This document shows positions 47,323 to 57,132 of a stretch of 64,000 nucleotides of DNA, one piece after another. The notes beneath the pieces were generated by a model that did no database searches, had not been told where the DNA came from, and was given only the letters and a program-made list of their open reading frames with translations. A program made the translations under genes and the position numbers. Position 1 is the stretch's first letter; each line of letters starts with the position of its first letter. The stretch is from an uncultured delta proteobacterium (GTDB lineage Bacteria > Myxococcota_A > Polyangia > Polyangiales > JAFGIB01), in the NCBI GenBank assembly GCA_963778655.1, contig CAVZVA010000010.1, forward strand, positions 512,001 to 576,000, in the 5' to 3' direction.

Positions 47323-48588
47323 GTGAGCGACGTGCTCGACGGCGCGTGGCTCGACACCACGCTGCGCGCAGCGCGCCCGCGCACGATGGGGGCGCTGCTG
47401 CGCTACTTCGGCAACCTCGACGCCGCGGAGGAAGCCTTCCAGGAAGCCTGCCTCAAGGCGCTCGAGCGCTGGCCGCAGCAGGGGCCGCCGCGCGATCCGG
47501 CGGCGTGGCTGATCCTGGTCGGGCGCAACAGCGGCATCGACGCGGTGCGGCGCAAGCGCAAGCAGCGCGAGCTGCCGCGCGAGGAGCAGCTCTCGGACAC
47601 GGACGACGCCGAACCCCGGCTGGCCGAGCAGCTCGACGACGCGCATTACCGCGACGACATCCTGCGGCTGCTGTTCGTGTGCTGCCACCCCGAGCTGCCC
47701 GCCACCCAGCAGCTCGCGCTCGCGCTGCGCCTGGTGTGCGGGCTGACGGTCCCGCAGATCGCGCGGGCGTTCCTGGTGCGCGAGGTGGCGATGGAACAGC
47801 GCATCACGCGCGCCAAGGGCCGCGTGGCGGCCGAGCAGCTGCGCTTCGAGACACCGGACGCGGCGCAGCGCGCGGAGCGACTGGCGGCAGTGGCGACCGT
47901 GATCTACGTGATGTTCAACGAGGGCTACTCCGCAACCGGTGCCGAGGTGCCGCTCAAGGCCCAGCTGTGCGAGGAGGCGATCCGGCTCGCGCGCCTGCTG
48001 CTGCGGCTGTTTCCGGGCCCACCCGGGCTGATGGGGCTGCTCTCGCTGATGCTGCTGCAGCACGCGCGCGCGCCGGCGCGGCTCGACGCGGACGGCCATG
48101 TCGTGCTGCTGCAGGACCAGGACCGCACGCGCTGGGACGCGGAGCTGATCGCCGAAGGGCTCGCGCTGCTCGACAAGGCGCTGCGCCACGGGCAGCCCGA
48201 TCCCTACCAGCTGCAGGCGGCGATCGCCGCGCTGCACGCGCGCGCCACGCGGCCCGAGGACACCGACTGGGCCGGGATCGAGCGGCTGTACGCCGCGCTC
48301 GAGCGGCTGCAGCCCTCACCCGTGATCACGCTCAACCGCGCGGTGGCGGTCTCCAAGCTGCGCGGCCCGGCCGAGGCGCTCGCGCTGATCGAGCCGCTGG
48401 ACGCGCAGCTCGGCAACTACTTCTATTTCTTCGGGCTCAAGGGCGCGCTGCTGCTGCAGCTGCAACGGCCGGACCAAGCCCGGGCCGCGTTCGACCGCGC
48501 AATCGCGCTGGCCAACACCACCGCCGAAGCGGAGCACATCCGCATGCAGCTCGACCGCCTGATGAAGGACGCAGAGCGGGGCACGTAA
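47323..48588 (+). CDS. ECF RNA polymerase sigma factor with DUF6596/TPR C-terminal extension (ECF42-like)
   Basis: AEEAFQEA, DDILRLLFVCCHPEL, MFNEGY, YQLQAAIAALH, LNRAVA. Confidence 0.93.
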   Translation: MSDVLDGAWLDTTLRAARPRTMGALLRYFGNLDAAEEAFQEACLKALERWPQQGPPRDPAAWLILVGRNSGIDAVRRKRKQRELPREEQLSDTDDAEPRLAEQLDDAHYRDDILRLLFVCCHPELPATQQLALALRLVCGLTVPQIARAFLVREVAMEQRITRAKGRVAAEQLRFETPDAAQRAERLAAVATVIYVMFNEGYSATGAEVPLKAQLCEEAIRLARLLLRLFPGPPGLMGLLSLMLLQHARAPARLDADGHVVLLQDQDRTRWDAELIAEGLALLDKALRHGQPDPYQLQAAIAALHARATRPEDTDWAGIERLYAALERLQPSPVITLNRAVAVSKLRGPAEALALIEPLDAQLGNYFYFFGLKGALLLQLQRPDQARAAFDRAIALANTTAEAEHIRMQLDRLMKDAERGT

Positions 48589-48613
48589 CCCCGGGAAGCG
48601 CGGCCGGGCCAGC

Positions 48614-48656
48614 TTGACTAGCCAGTCATGAACCGCTATTCATGACCCAGGAGTCA
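48614..48656 (+). promoter_or_regulatory. Sigma70-type promoter overlapped by two TGAC-N6-GTCA operators
   Basis: TTGACT-N17-TATTCA; palindromes TGACTAGCCAGTCA (48615) and TGACCCAGGAGTCA (48643). Confidence 0.7.
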
Positions 48657-48665
48657 CGTCCGACC

Positions 48666-49370
48666 ATGGCCCGGCGCGCACCCCCGAGCACCAAGCACGA
48701 CCTACTGCAGGCGGCCGGAGCCTGCTTCGCCGAGCACGGGCTCGAGGCGACCAAGGTCGAGGACATCACCGGACGCGCCGGCATCGCCAAGGGCGCCTTC
48801 TACTCGTACTTCGCGAGCAAAGAGGCGTGCTGGAAGCAGATCGTCGAGGCCTTCGTCGCGAGGCTGGAACAGGCGGTGCAGCCGCCGCAGCCGCTGCTCG
48901 ACGCGTCGCTGCCGCTGGCCGAACGCTTCGAGCGCTGGCTCGCGCACGACCGCTCGGTGCTCGCGTTCTGCTGGCGCGAGCGCACGCTGCTCGGCATGTT
49001 GATGAACGGCGCGGGCGGCGCCGCCTACGCGCACCTGCTCGACGAGTTCGCCGCGCGCGCAGCCAAGAACGCCGAGACCCACATCCGCGCCCTGGTGGCC
49101 GAGGGCGTGTACCGCGACGACATCGACCCGGCGCTGGTGGCCTCGCTGCTGGGGGGCGCTTACGACCGGCTGGTGCGCGGTATGCTGAAGGGCCCGGCGC
49201 AACCCGACATCGACGCGCTCGCGCGCCAAACCCAGCACGTGTTCACGCGCGGGTTGTTCACCGACGACGCGCGCGCCATGCTGCAGCGCCCCGCGGCCAA
49301 GGCTGCGCGCGAGGCGAGCCCGGCGCGCGCACCGCTGCTGCGCGCCGCTGCGACCAGGAGGAGCAAGTGA
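48666..49370 (+). CDS. TetR/AcrR family regulator
   Basis: FAEHGLEATKVEDITGRAGIAKGAFYSYFASKE; start moved to the second ATG (after the promoter and AGGAG). Confidence 0.92.
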   Translation: MARRAPPSTKHDLLQAAGACFAEHGLEATKVEDITGRAGIAKGAFYSYFASKEACWKQIVEAFVARLEQAVQPPQPLLDASLPLAERFERWLAHDRSVLAFCWRERTLLGMLMNGAGGAAYAHLLDEFAARAAKNAETHIRALVAEGVYRDDIDPALVASLLGGAYDRLVRGMLKGPAQPDIDALARQTQHVFTRGLFTDDARAMLQRPAAKAAREASPARAPLLRAAATRRSK

Positions 49371-50521
49371 GCACGACCGATACGCAACCGCGCAGGCGCC
49401 TGCGCCCCGGGCTGTTGCTCGCCGTCGCCAGCACGGTCGGGCTGCTGCTGCTGGTCGGCGCCCGCTATAAAGAGGCCGTGGCCGAGCGCGCGGCGTTTGC
49501 CGCCAGCGCGCCCGCCGCCAAACGCGCCCCCAGCAGCGGTGCCGCCGCGCTCGCAACGGCGCACGGCCAAGAGGCGCGCTGGCAGCCGCGCGTCGAGCTC
49601 ACCGGCACGCTCTCGCCACTTCACGAATCGAGCGTGGGCTTCAAGGTGACCGGCCGCCTGGCCGCAGTGCTGGCAAAGGTCGGCGACCGCGTCAAGGCCG
49701 GGCAGCGCCTGGCGAGGCTTGACCCGGCCGAGGCCAAGGCTCAGCTCGCGGCGGCCAACGCACAGGTGCACGCGGCCGAGGTCGAGCTGGCGATCGCGCG
49801 CGACAACGCGCAACGCTCGCAGGCGTTGCTCGCGCAGGGCGCGATCAGCGAGACCCAGCACCTCGGAGACAGCCAGCGCGCCGAGCTGGCGCAGGCGCGC
49901 CTCGAGCAAGCGCGCGCCCAGACCCAAACCGCCTCGACCGCGCTGCACAACACCGAGTTGCTGGCACCCTTCGCCGGCCTCGTCACTCAGGCGCCGAGCG
50001 CGCCCGGCGCGATCGTCACCCCTGCGAGCCCGTTGTTCCGGCTCGAGGACACCTCCTCGCTGCGGCTCGAGGCCAGCGTCTCGGCCGATGAGGCCGCGCT
50101 GCTGCGGGTGGGCCAGCCGGTGCAGCTGGAAAGCGGGCGCAGCGGGCACATCACCGCGTTGCTGCCCTCGGTCGACCAGAAGACGCGCCGCGTACCGCTG
50201 CTGGCGCAGATCGACAACCGCGGCCCGGACCCGTTGCTGGCCGGAGTGCTGGTGCGCGCGCACGTGATCGCGGGCGAGCCGCGCTCGGTGCTGCGCCTGC
50301 CCGCGAGCGCGCTGCGACCGGGCTCGCAGGACGAGGTGGTGCTCGCCCGGGGCGGCAAGGCGCAGCTGCAACACGTGGTATTCGCGCGCGCCGCCGACGG
50401 CTCGCTGCTGGTGCGCGCGGGGCTCTCGGCGGGCGACCAAGTGTTGCTCGCGCCGAGCGCGGAAGTGCACGACGGCGACGCGCTTGGCTCTGCGAGCGCG
50501 GGAGCACCTCCGCCGCGCTGA
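49367..50521 (+). CDS. RND efflux periplasmic adaptor subunit
   Basis: GTGA overlap; N-terminal TM; VGFKVTGRL...KVGDRVKAGQRLARLD; LLAPFAGLV. Confidence 0.92.
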   Translation: MSTTDTQPRRRLRPGLLLAVASTVGLLLLVGARYKEAVAERAAFAASAPAAKRAPSSGAAALATAHGQEARWQPRVELTGTLSPLHESSVGFKVTGRLAAVLAKVGDRVKAGQRLARLDPAEAKAQLAAANAQVHAAEVELAIARDNAQRSQALLAQGAISETQHLGDSQRAELAQARLEQARAQTQTASTALHNTELLAPFAGLVTQAPSAPGAIVTPASPLFRLEDTSSLRLEASVSADEAALLRVGQPVQLESGRSGHITALLPSVDQKTRRVPLLAQIDNRGPDPLLAGVLVRAHVIAGEPRSVLRLPASALRPGSQDEVVLARGGKAQLQHVVFARAADGSLLVRAGLSAGDQVLLAPSAEVHDGDALGSASAGAPPPR

Positions 50522-50545
50522 GCCCTCCCGGTCACGGAGCACTCC

Positions 50546-53500
50546 ATGAATCTCTCTGCCATCGCCGTGCGCCGGCCCGTGTTCACCGTGATGGTGACGC
50601 TCGCCCTGGTGGTGCTGGGGCTGAGCGGGCTCGCTCGCCTCGGAACCGATCTGTTCCCCGACGTGTCGATCCCGGTGGTCTCGGTGACCATCGCCTACCC
50701 GGGCGCCGCCCCGGGCGAGGTCGAAAGCCTGGTGACCAAGCCGGTCGAGGACCAGGTGGTCTCGCTCAACGGCATCGACCGCGTGCAGAGCACCTCGCGT
50801 GAGGGCGTCTCCACCGTGGCGGTGATCTTCAAGCTGGGCGTCGACGTGCAGGAGGCGGCGACCGAGGTGCGCGAGCGCATCGCGCAGGTGCGTCCGCTGC
50901 TGCCGCCCGAGGTCAAGGAGCCGGCGGTCAGCCGCATCGACGCGGGCGCGATTCCGGTGGTGGTCTACTCGCTGCACGGCAACCGGCCGCTGTACGAGCT
51001 GCGCAAGTTCGCCGACGACGCGGTGCGACCCGCGCTCGAGCAGGTCGACGGCGTGGCGCAGGTGGAAGTCTACGGCGGCTCCGAGCGCGAGGTGCACGTC
51101 GACCTGGACCAGGCCAAGCTCGACGCGCTCGGCATCACGCCGGGCGCCATCACCGCAGCGCTCAAGGCCGGCGGCGTGACCGTGCCGGCCGGACGCCTGA
51201 CCCAGGGCAAGAACGAGGTCAGCGTGCGCACGGTGGGCGAGCTGCAGTCGGTCGACGCGGTGCGCGAGCTGGTGATCGCCAGCGCCGCCGACGGCTCGCC
51301 GGTGCGGCTGCGCGACGTGGCTCGGGTCGAAGACGGCTTCGCCGAGGTGCGCACGCGCATGTCGCTCAACGGCGAGGAGGCGGTCACCTTCGAGGTCGTC
51401 AAGCAGTCGGGCCGCAACACGGTGGCGGTAGCCGACGGGGTACGCGCGCGCATCGCCAAGGCCGAGCGCGACTGGCCCAAGGACATCCGACCGACCCTGC
51501 TCCTCGACCAGAGCCAGTACATCCGCGAGAACGCGCGCGAGGTCGAGATCTCGATCTTCTACGGCGGCGCGATGGCGATCCTGATCATCCTGGTGTTCAT
51601 GCTGGACGTGCGCTCCACGGTGATCAGCGCGCTGGCGCTGCCCACCAGCGTGATCGCCACCTTCTTCTTGATGTACGTGCTGGGCTTCACGCTCAACAAC
51701 ATGACGCTGATGGCGCTCTCGCTGGCGATCGGGCTGCTGATCGACGACGCGGTGGTGGTGCGCGAGAACATCTTCAAACACCTCGAGCGCGGCGAGCCGC
51801 CGATGCAGGCCGCGCTCAACGGCACCAAGGAGATCGCGCTGGCGGTGCTCGCCACCACCATGACGATCGTCGCGGTGTTCGTGCCGGTGGCGTTCATGGA
51901 AGGCATGATCGGGCAGTTCTTCAAGCAGTTCGGCCTGACCGTGACCGCGGCGGTGCTGGTCTCGTTGTTCGTGGCCTTCACCCTCGACCCCATGCTGTCC
52001 TCGCGCTTCTCCAAGACGGTGCGGCACGGCGAGCACGAGAGGTTCACCCGGCTCAAGCGGCCCTTCCTGCGCTTCTTCGCTGGGCTCGACGCCAGCTACC
52101 GCGAGCTGCTCGGCTGGTCGGTGCGGCACAAGGCACTGGTGGCGCTGGCCGCGGTGCTCTCGCTTCTGGGCATGGGGCGCGTGATGAAGGTGATGGGCGC
52201 GGACTTCGTGCCGCCCCAGGACCGCAGCCAGTTCAACCTCGACATCGAGCTGCCGGCCGGCACCTCTCTCGCGGAGAGCGCGCGTCAAAGCGCGAAAGCC
52301 AGCGCGGAGCTGCTGCGCGACCCACTGATCACGACGCTGCTGGCCACGGTCGGCCCGGGCGGCGACGCCAACAAGATCAGCTGGCGCGTGATGACGGTGC
52401 CCAAGGAGGAGCGCAGCACCCCGATCGCCACCATCCAGGACCACGCGCGTGCGATCGCCTCGGCGCTGCCCGGCGCGAAGGTGGCAGTGACCGACGTGCA
52501 GCTGATCGAGGGCGCGGGCTTCCGGGCGCCGATCATGATCAACGTGCGCGGCAAGTCCTACGCCAAGCTCGAGGACCTCGCGCAGCAGGTGGTGACCCAG
52601 CTGCGCGGCATCGTCGGCGTGACCGACGTCGACACCCGCTACACGCCCGGCAAGCCCGAGCTGCACATCGCCATCGACCGCGCGCGTGTCGCCGACCAGG
52701 GGCTGAGCGTGGCGCAAGTGGCCTCGGCGCTGCACACCGCGGTCGAGGGCGACGACAGCGCGCGCCTGCGCCTGGACGGCGACGAGGTGCCGATCCGCGT
52801 GCGCCTGCGCGAGCGCGATCGCGAAAGCGCCGCCGACGTGCTGCGCGTGACGCTGGCCTCACCCAAGGGCACGGTGACGCTGGCCGACGTCGCGCACCTC
52901 GAGCCGGGCACCGGCCCGCAGCTGATCCAGCGCGAGGACCGCATGCGCCAGATCTCGATCTGGGCTGCGCCGCACGGGCGCTCGCTCGGCGACATCGTGG
53001 CGGAGATGAAGCCCAAGCTCGCCGCGATTGACTTCCCACCCGGCTACGCGCTGCGCTACGACGGCCAGGTCAAGCAGATGACCGAGACCAACAGCTCCGC
53101 CGGCGGCGCGCTGCTGCTCGGGGTGATCTTCATCTACATCGTGCTGGCCTCGCAGTTCGAGAGCTTCGTGCACCCGCTCACCATCATGACGACCTTGCCG
53201 CTGGCCCTGGTCGGCGCGGTGCTGGGGCTGTTTCTGACCAAGAACACGATGTCGATGGGCGCGCTGATCGGGATCATCTTGCTGATGGGGCTGGTGACCA
53301 AGAACGCGATCTTACTGGTGGACCGCGCGATCGAACGCGTGCGAGTGCGCGGCGAGCCGCCGCTGCAAGCGATTCTCGAGGCCGGCCCTGAGCGGCTGCG
53401 GCCGATCCTGATGACCAGCGCCGCGATCATCCTCGGCATGCTGCCGACCGCGCTTTCGCACGGCGAGGGCAGCGAATTCCGGGCGCCGATGGCGATCGCG

Positions 53501-53641
53501 GTGATCGGCGGCGTGATCAGCTCCACGCTGCTATCGCTGGTGGTGGTACCTGCGCTCTACCTCGCGATCGAAAACCTCAAGGCGCGCCTGAGCCGCCGCC
53601 GCCCGCACGCCACCAGCAGTGCGCCCGCCGCCGCCGAGTAG
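50546..53641 (+). CDS. RND efflux permease (AcrB/AcrD/AcrF family)
   Basis: 1031 aa; GLLIDDAVVVREN, KNAILLVD, RLRPILMTS. Confidence 0.96.
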   Translation: MNLSAIAVRRPVFTVMVTLALVVLGLSGLARLGTDLFPDVSIPVVSVTIAYPGAAPGEVESLVTKPVEDQVVSLNGIDRVQSTSREGVSTVAVIFKLGVDVQEAATEVRERIAQVRPLLPPEVKEPAVSRIDAGAIPVVVYSLHGNRPLYELRKFADDAVRPALEQVDGVAQVEVYGGSEREVHVDLDQAKLDALGITPGAITAALKAGGVTVPAGRLTQGKNEVSVRTVGELQSVDAVRELVIASAADGSPVRLRDVARVEDGFAEVRTRMSLNGEEAVTFEVVKQSGRNTVAVADGVRARIAKAERDWPKDIRPTLLLDQSQYIRENAREVEISIFYGGAMAILIILVFMLDVRSTVISALALPTSVIATFFLMYVLGFTLNNMTLMALSLAIGLLIDDAVVVRENIFKHLERGEPPMQAALNGTKEIALAVLATTMTIVAVFVPVAFMEGMIGQFFKQFGLTVTAAVLVSLFVAFTLDPMLSSRFSKTVRHGEHERFTRLKRPFLRFFAGLDASYRELLGWSVRHKALVALAAVLSLLGMGRVMKVMGADFVPPQDRSQFNLDIELPAGTSLAESARQSAKASAELLRDPLITTLLATVGPGGDANKISWRVMTVPKEERSTPIATIQDHARAIASALPGAKVAVTDVQLIEGAGFRAPIMINVRGKSYAKLEDLAQQVVTQLRGIVGVTDVDTRYTPGKPELHIAIDRARVADQGLSVAQVASALHTAVEGDDSARLRLDGDEVPIRVRLRERDRESAADVLRVTLASPKGTVTLADVAHLEPGTGPQLIQREDRMRQISIWAAPHGRSLGDIVAEMKPKLAAIDFPPGYALRYDGQVKQMTETNSSAGGALLLGVIFIYIVLASQFESFVHPLTIMTTLPLALVGAVLGLFLTKNTMSMGALIGIILLMGLVTKNAILLVDRAIERVRVRGEPPLQAILEAGPERLRPILMTSAAIILGMLPTALSHGEGSEFRAPMAIAVIGGVISSTLLSLVVVPALYLAIENLKARLSRRRPHATSSAPAAAE

Positions 53642-53697
53642 GGCAGCGGCAAAGACGAGAAGCGGGAAGACGGGAAGTCGAGATAGGTTCGGAGGGG

Positions 53698-54372
53698 CTA
53701 CTCGTACACCACCAGGTCGCGGACGTCGGTGGTCTCGGCGAAGCGCACCTGCCAGCGGCAATCGGGGTCGCCAAGGCCGCGGCAGCTCAGGCGCTCGACC
53801 CAGGTACCGGGGCTAGTCGAGCGCAGCACGTGGGTGAGGTAGCCGGTGCTCACGGCGCACAGCTCGGCACACGCGGGAAACTCCTGCAGCGTGACCTCGA
53901 GCGTGCGCTCGCCGCGCCGCTTGACCGTATAATAGCCGCGCGAGTAGTAGCGCTCGCGCAGATGCAGCGCGCGTCGCACCAGGCTCGCCAGCCCGGTCAC
54001 GCCTTTGAACGCGCCCTGAAGCGTGCCGGTGACGGTCGGCCGCTGCTCGCGCGGGACGTTGGGCAGCTCGCCGAACACATCGCGCTGCGCCGCGATCACC
54101 CCGAACGCGCGGTACACATCGCCCTTGGCCTTGGCCGGGTCGATGGTCGACGCCAGCACCTTCAGCAGCGCCAGGTAGTCCTCGAACGGATACCAGGCCT
54201 CCAGGTCGATCGCGACGCGCAGATAGTGCCGCAACGGCTCGGGCACCAGCGAATTGGACTTCGCGAAGCTCGGCCGGAGGGCAGCTAGGGCGCCTTCGAG
54301 CGCAATGCCTTTGACCTTGACTTGGCCGGCGGCGGACAACGCATTTAGGATACCAAGTGGCTCAGCCCGCAA
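53698..54372 (-). CDS. Myxobacterial hypothetical protein with V4R-like C-terminus
   Basis: VKVKG...AWYP...C.VSTGY...CRGLGDPDCRW; start uncertain (54339 or 54372). Confidence 0.6.
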   Translation of the reverse strand: MRAEPLGILNALSAAGQVKVKGIALEGALAALRPSFAKSNSLVPEPLRHYLRVAIDLEAWYPFEDYLALLKVLASTIDPAKAKGDVYRAFGVIAAQRDVFGELPNVPREQRPTVTGTLQGAFKGVTGLASLVRRALHLRERYYSRGYYTVKRRGERTLEVTLQEFPACAELCAVSTGYLTHVLRSTSPGTWVERLSCRGLGDPDCRWQVRFAETTDVRDLVVYE

Positions 54373-54382
54373 CCACCCGAGT

Positions 54383-54425
54383 TGTAGGCTAGCTCACCAC
54401 ACACAGGGGTTGAGCGCCGCCTACA
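54383..54425. repeat. Intergenic palindrome (GTAG...CTAC; REP-like or terminator)
   Basis: TGTAGGC/GCCTACA outer arms and GCTCA/TGAGC inner arms. Confidence 0.4.
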
Positions 54426-54490
54426 GCGGCCCCTGCACCGGAGCATCACGTCGACGCGCGCCCCGCGATCGCCGCGCAGCCGCAGCGATC

Positions 54491-54883
54491 TCAAGCTTCG
54501 TAGAACATCGGGTCACGCACGGTCAGGAAGCGCCGCACCGCTTCGGTCTGCTCCGCGTCGAGGGCGTGAAACTGCACGCCCATGCCCGGCTGCGTGTCGC
54601 TCTCGAGATCGCGCGGGTCGCGCACCCAGCGCACCACCGCCGTGGCGCGGAACTCGTAGCCATCCGGCAGCGTGAGCGTGAGCGCAAGCTCGCTGCCGAT
54701 CTCCTGCAGCTTGTAGGTCGCCACGAACAGCCCGCCCTCGGAGATGTCCTCGGTCAAGCCGGTGTAGAAGTTGGTGTCGCTCTGCAATCCCACCTCGACG
54801 CACAGGCCGACACGGGGGCTCAGGCGGCGCTCCGCGGGATGGGGGAGGCGCTCGGTGTGGTTGCTTGGGGTGGCTTCGGACAT
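54491..54883 (-). CDS. PilZ domain protein (TIGR02266-like)
   Basis: ERRLSPR, NFYTGLTEDISEGGLFVAT, VRWVR, PGMGVQF. Confidence 0.92.
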   Translation of the reverse strand: MSEATPSNHTERLPHPAERRLSPRVGLCVEVGLQSDTNFYTGLTEDISEGGLFVATYKLQEIGSELALTLTLPDGYEFRATAVVRWVRDPRDLESDTQPGMGVQFHALDAEQTEAVRRFLTVRDPMFYEA

Positions 54884-55050
54884 GGGGTGTTTCTCTCCTC
54901 GGCCGGGAGAGCCTTGCAGGGATCGGGCCAAGCGCGCTCACGCCCAGCGATCCACGCATTTTGCGGCCGCACGCACGCGGGCGGGTCCGGCGGCGGGAAA
55001 TCGCAGGTCGCGCAGCCCACAGCCGGTGGTGAAAAGCGCGCCCGGCCGAA

Positions 55051-56115
55051 TCACTCTGCGCCGGGGTCGTCGTCCAGCGAATCCGGCTGGCCCTCGGAGT
55101 CGGGCTGATCCTGCGATTCGGAGCCCGGCTGCGCCGCTGAGCCCGGCTGCGCCGCTGAGCCCGGCTGCGCCGCTGAGCCCGGCTGCGCCTCCGAGCCCGG
55201 CTGCGCTTCCGGCACCGGCTGCTCCGCTGGCGCGGGCTGCGCCGCCGCATCGCGCGGCTTGATGAAGCGCAGCGTCATGCGGTCGCTCTCGCCGATCGCG
55301 AGATACTTGTCGCGGTCCTTGTCACCGAGCCGCAAGGTCGGCGGCAAGGTCCACACGCCTTCGGGATAGTCCTTGGTGTCCTTGGGATTGGCGTTGACCT
55401 CGGAGCGCGCGTCGAGCTTGAAGCCTGCCATCTGCGCCATCGCCATCACGTACGACTCCGGCAGGTAGCCGGTCTTGGCGCTCTCCACCGGATCGACATG
55501 CTCCTTGCCGCGGTGCTCGACCACGCCCAGCACGCCGCCCGGCTTGAGCACCTCGAAGGCAGCGCGGAACACGTCGTCGAGCGCGCCGCGGGCCGCCCAG
55601 TTGTGCGCATTGCGGAACGTCAGCACCATGTCGGCGGAGCCGGGCGCACCGAGCTCGATCTTGTCGGGCGGCTCGAGCGTGGCGGCCTCGGGGTGGCCGT
55701 AGTAGTCGGCGTGCTCGCCCAGCCGCGCGAGGAGCTCGCCCAGCGGGTGCTCGCCCTTGGTGCTGCCCGCGACCACCAGCTTGCCGTGATCGCGCAGCAC
55801 AGGCGCCAGCACCTCGGTGTACCAGCCGCCTCCGGGCGAGAGCTCCACCACGGTCATGTCCGGCCGCAAGCCGAAGAAGCTCAGCGTCTCGACCGGATGG
55901 CGATAGCGGTTGCGCGCGATGTTCTCGGGCAGGCGGTGGCTGTCTTGCATCGCCGCCGTGACCGCGACGCGCAGCTGCGCGTCGGCATCGTTGGCGGCGC
56001 TGGTACCCGCCGGAGCAGTGGCTGCCGGAGGCGCCTGGGTACCGGCCGTCGCACACGCCGGCGCCAGCCAACACAACACCACGGCAATCGCTCGATTCCT
56101 TGGGAAGCTCGACAT
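55051..56115 (-). CDS. Exported class I SAM-dependent methyltransferase (COG4798-like)
   Basis: RNRYRHPVETLSFFG, VVELSPGGGWYT, VLTFRNAHNW, GVWTLPPTL, IGESDRMTL; lipoprotein-like signal. Confidence 0.88.
   Translation of the reverse strand: MSSFPRNRAIAVVLCWLAPACATAGTQAPPAATAPAGTSAANDADAQLRVAVTAAMQDSHRLPENIARNRYRHPVETLSFFGLRPDMTVVELSPGGGWYTEVLAPVLRDHGKLVVAGSTKGEHPLGELLARLGEHADYYGHPEAATLEPPDKIELGAPGSADMVLTFRNAHNWAARGALDDVFRAAFEVLKPGGVLGVVEHRGKEHVDPVESAKTGYLPESYVMAMAQMAGFKLDARSEVNANPKDTKDYPEGVWTLPPTLRLGDKDRDKYLAIGESDRMTLRFIKPRDAAAQPAPAEQPVPEAQPGSEAQPGSAAQPGSAAQPGSAAQPGSESQDQPDSEGQPDSLDDDPGAE
55121..55210. repeat. 18-bp coding tandem repeat (AQPGS-A/E)
   Basis: GAGCCCGGCTGCGCCGCT three times perfect plus two variants; degenerate copies on both flanks. 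Confidence 0.9.
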
Positions 56116-56206
56116 GGCTGCTGTCGTGGCACGACGGGCCGTCCGGAGCAAGCGCCGACGGGGCAGGCGGTAGGCGCGCGCCGCGCCGGCGGGCTATCCT
56201 GGCTGC

Positions 56207-56566
56207 GTGCCCGAAGCGCTTTGGGTGGTCGGCTTGCTGCTGCTGTTCGGCGCAGTGGGCGCCGCGCGCCTGGTGGCGTGGACCACCCTGCTGGCCGCCG
56301 GCAACTCGCTCATGCTCGGCAGCGCCGCGCTCGGCGTACCGCTCGAGCTCTTGTACTACGCCCTGCTGGCGGCAACGCTGAGCTGGAACGGCACGCGGCC
56401 GCGAGGCTGGTACTGGCGGCCGTTCGAGCACCACCACCTGCTCGGCCGCGGGCAGAAGTTGCTGGTGCTGCCGTGGTTCTTCGCCGGCGCGCTGAGCTTT
56501 CTGGCCATCGTGCTCGGCATCGCCGTCACCCTGCTCGGCATGGTCGCCGCCGCCATCCAGCATTGA
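56207..56566 (+). CDS. Small integral membrane hypothetical protein
   Basis: Three hydrophobic helices; PRGWYWRP loop. Confidence 0.7.
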   Translation: MPEALWVVGLLLLFGAVGAARLVAWTTLLAAGNSLMLGSAALGVPLELLYYALLAATLSWNGTRPRGWYWRPFEHHHLLGRGQKLLVLPWFFAGALSFLAIVLGIAVTLLGMVAAAIQH

Positions 56567-56610
56567 GGTGTGGCTTGCGGAGCGGCAGCGACGCGCGCCA
56601 TGCTCCGTGC

Positions 56611-57132
56611 GTGCGACTCGACGCCGAACGCAGCGCGCTCACCATCCGCACCCGCGCCGAGGGACTGCTGGCCCGGGTGGCGCACGACCTCGAGCTGCGC
56701 GCGGGCACGCTGGCTGGCGACTTCGAAGGCGACAGCGGCCGGGTGCGGGTGCCGATCGCGGGCCTGCGCGTGGTGGGCGCGGTCAAGCGCGGCGCGCTGC
56801 ACGAGGGTGCGCTGTCGGCGAGCGACAAGGCCGAGATCGAGCGCCGCATCCGCGAGGTGGTGCTGGCCGGCAGCGACGAGGTCCACGTGGACGTGACACT
56901 GACCGGCACGCGCGCGAGCTTGCGCGTGCACGCGCCGCGCGGGACGCAGCAGCTCGAGTGCGAGGTGCAGCGCGAGGACGCGGGTTCGGCGGACCGCGGC
57001 GGCGTGCGCGTGCGCGGGCGCTGTGCGCTCTCGCTCGCAGCGCTCGGCGTCGCTCCGATCAAGCTGCCGCTCGGGGCCGGCCGCGTGGCCGACGCGGTGG
57101 AGGTGCGCTTCGAGGCGCAGCTCGTGCCGTAG
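56611..57132 (+). CDS. YceI-like domain protein
   Basis: LTIRTRAEGLLARVAHDLEL, DKAEIERRI, LGVAPIKLPLGAGRVADAVEVRF; start approximate. Confidence 0.7.
   Translation: MRLDAERSALTIRTRAEGLLARVAHDLELRAGTLAGDFEGDSGRVRVPIAGLRVVGAVKRGALHEGALSASDKAEIERRIREVVLAGSDEVHVDVTLTGTRASLRVHAPRGTQQLECEVQREDAGSADRGGVRVRGRCALSLAALGVAPIKLPLGAGRVADAVEVRFEAQLVP

Noticed and set aside
49160..52735. 1191-aa minus-strand ORF and similar long antisense ORFs (e.g. 2223-4226, 4486-6744, 22030-23781)
   Set aside because: Shadow frames of GC3-biased genes with no recognisable motifs.
53645..53695. Purine-rich GGGAAGACGGGAAG tract
   Set aside because: Possibly a fragment of an intergenic repeat, but no complementary arm or clear second copy.
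55121..55210. Tandem repeats as a CRISPR array
   Set aside because: No spacers, in-frame coding repeat and no cas genes; no CRISPR array, tRNA or rRNA was seen in the window.
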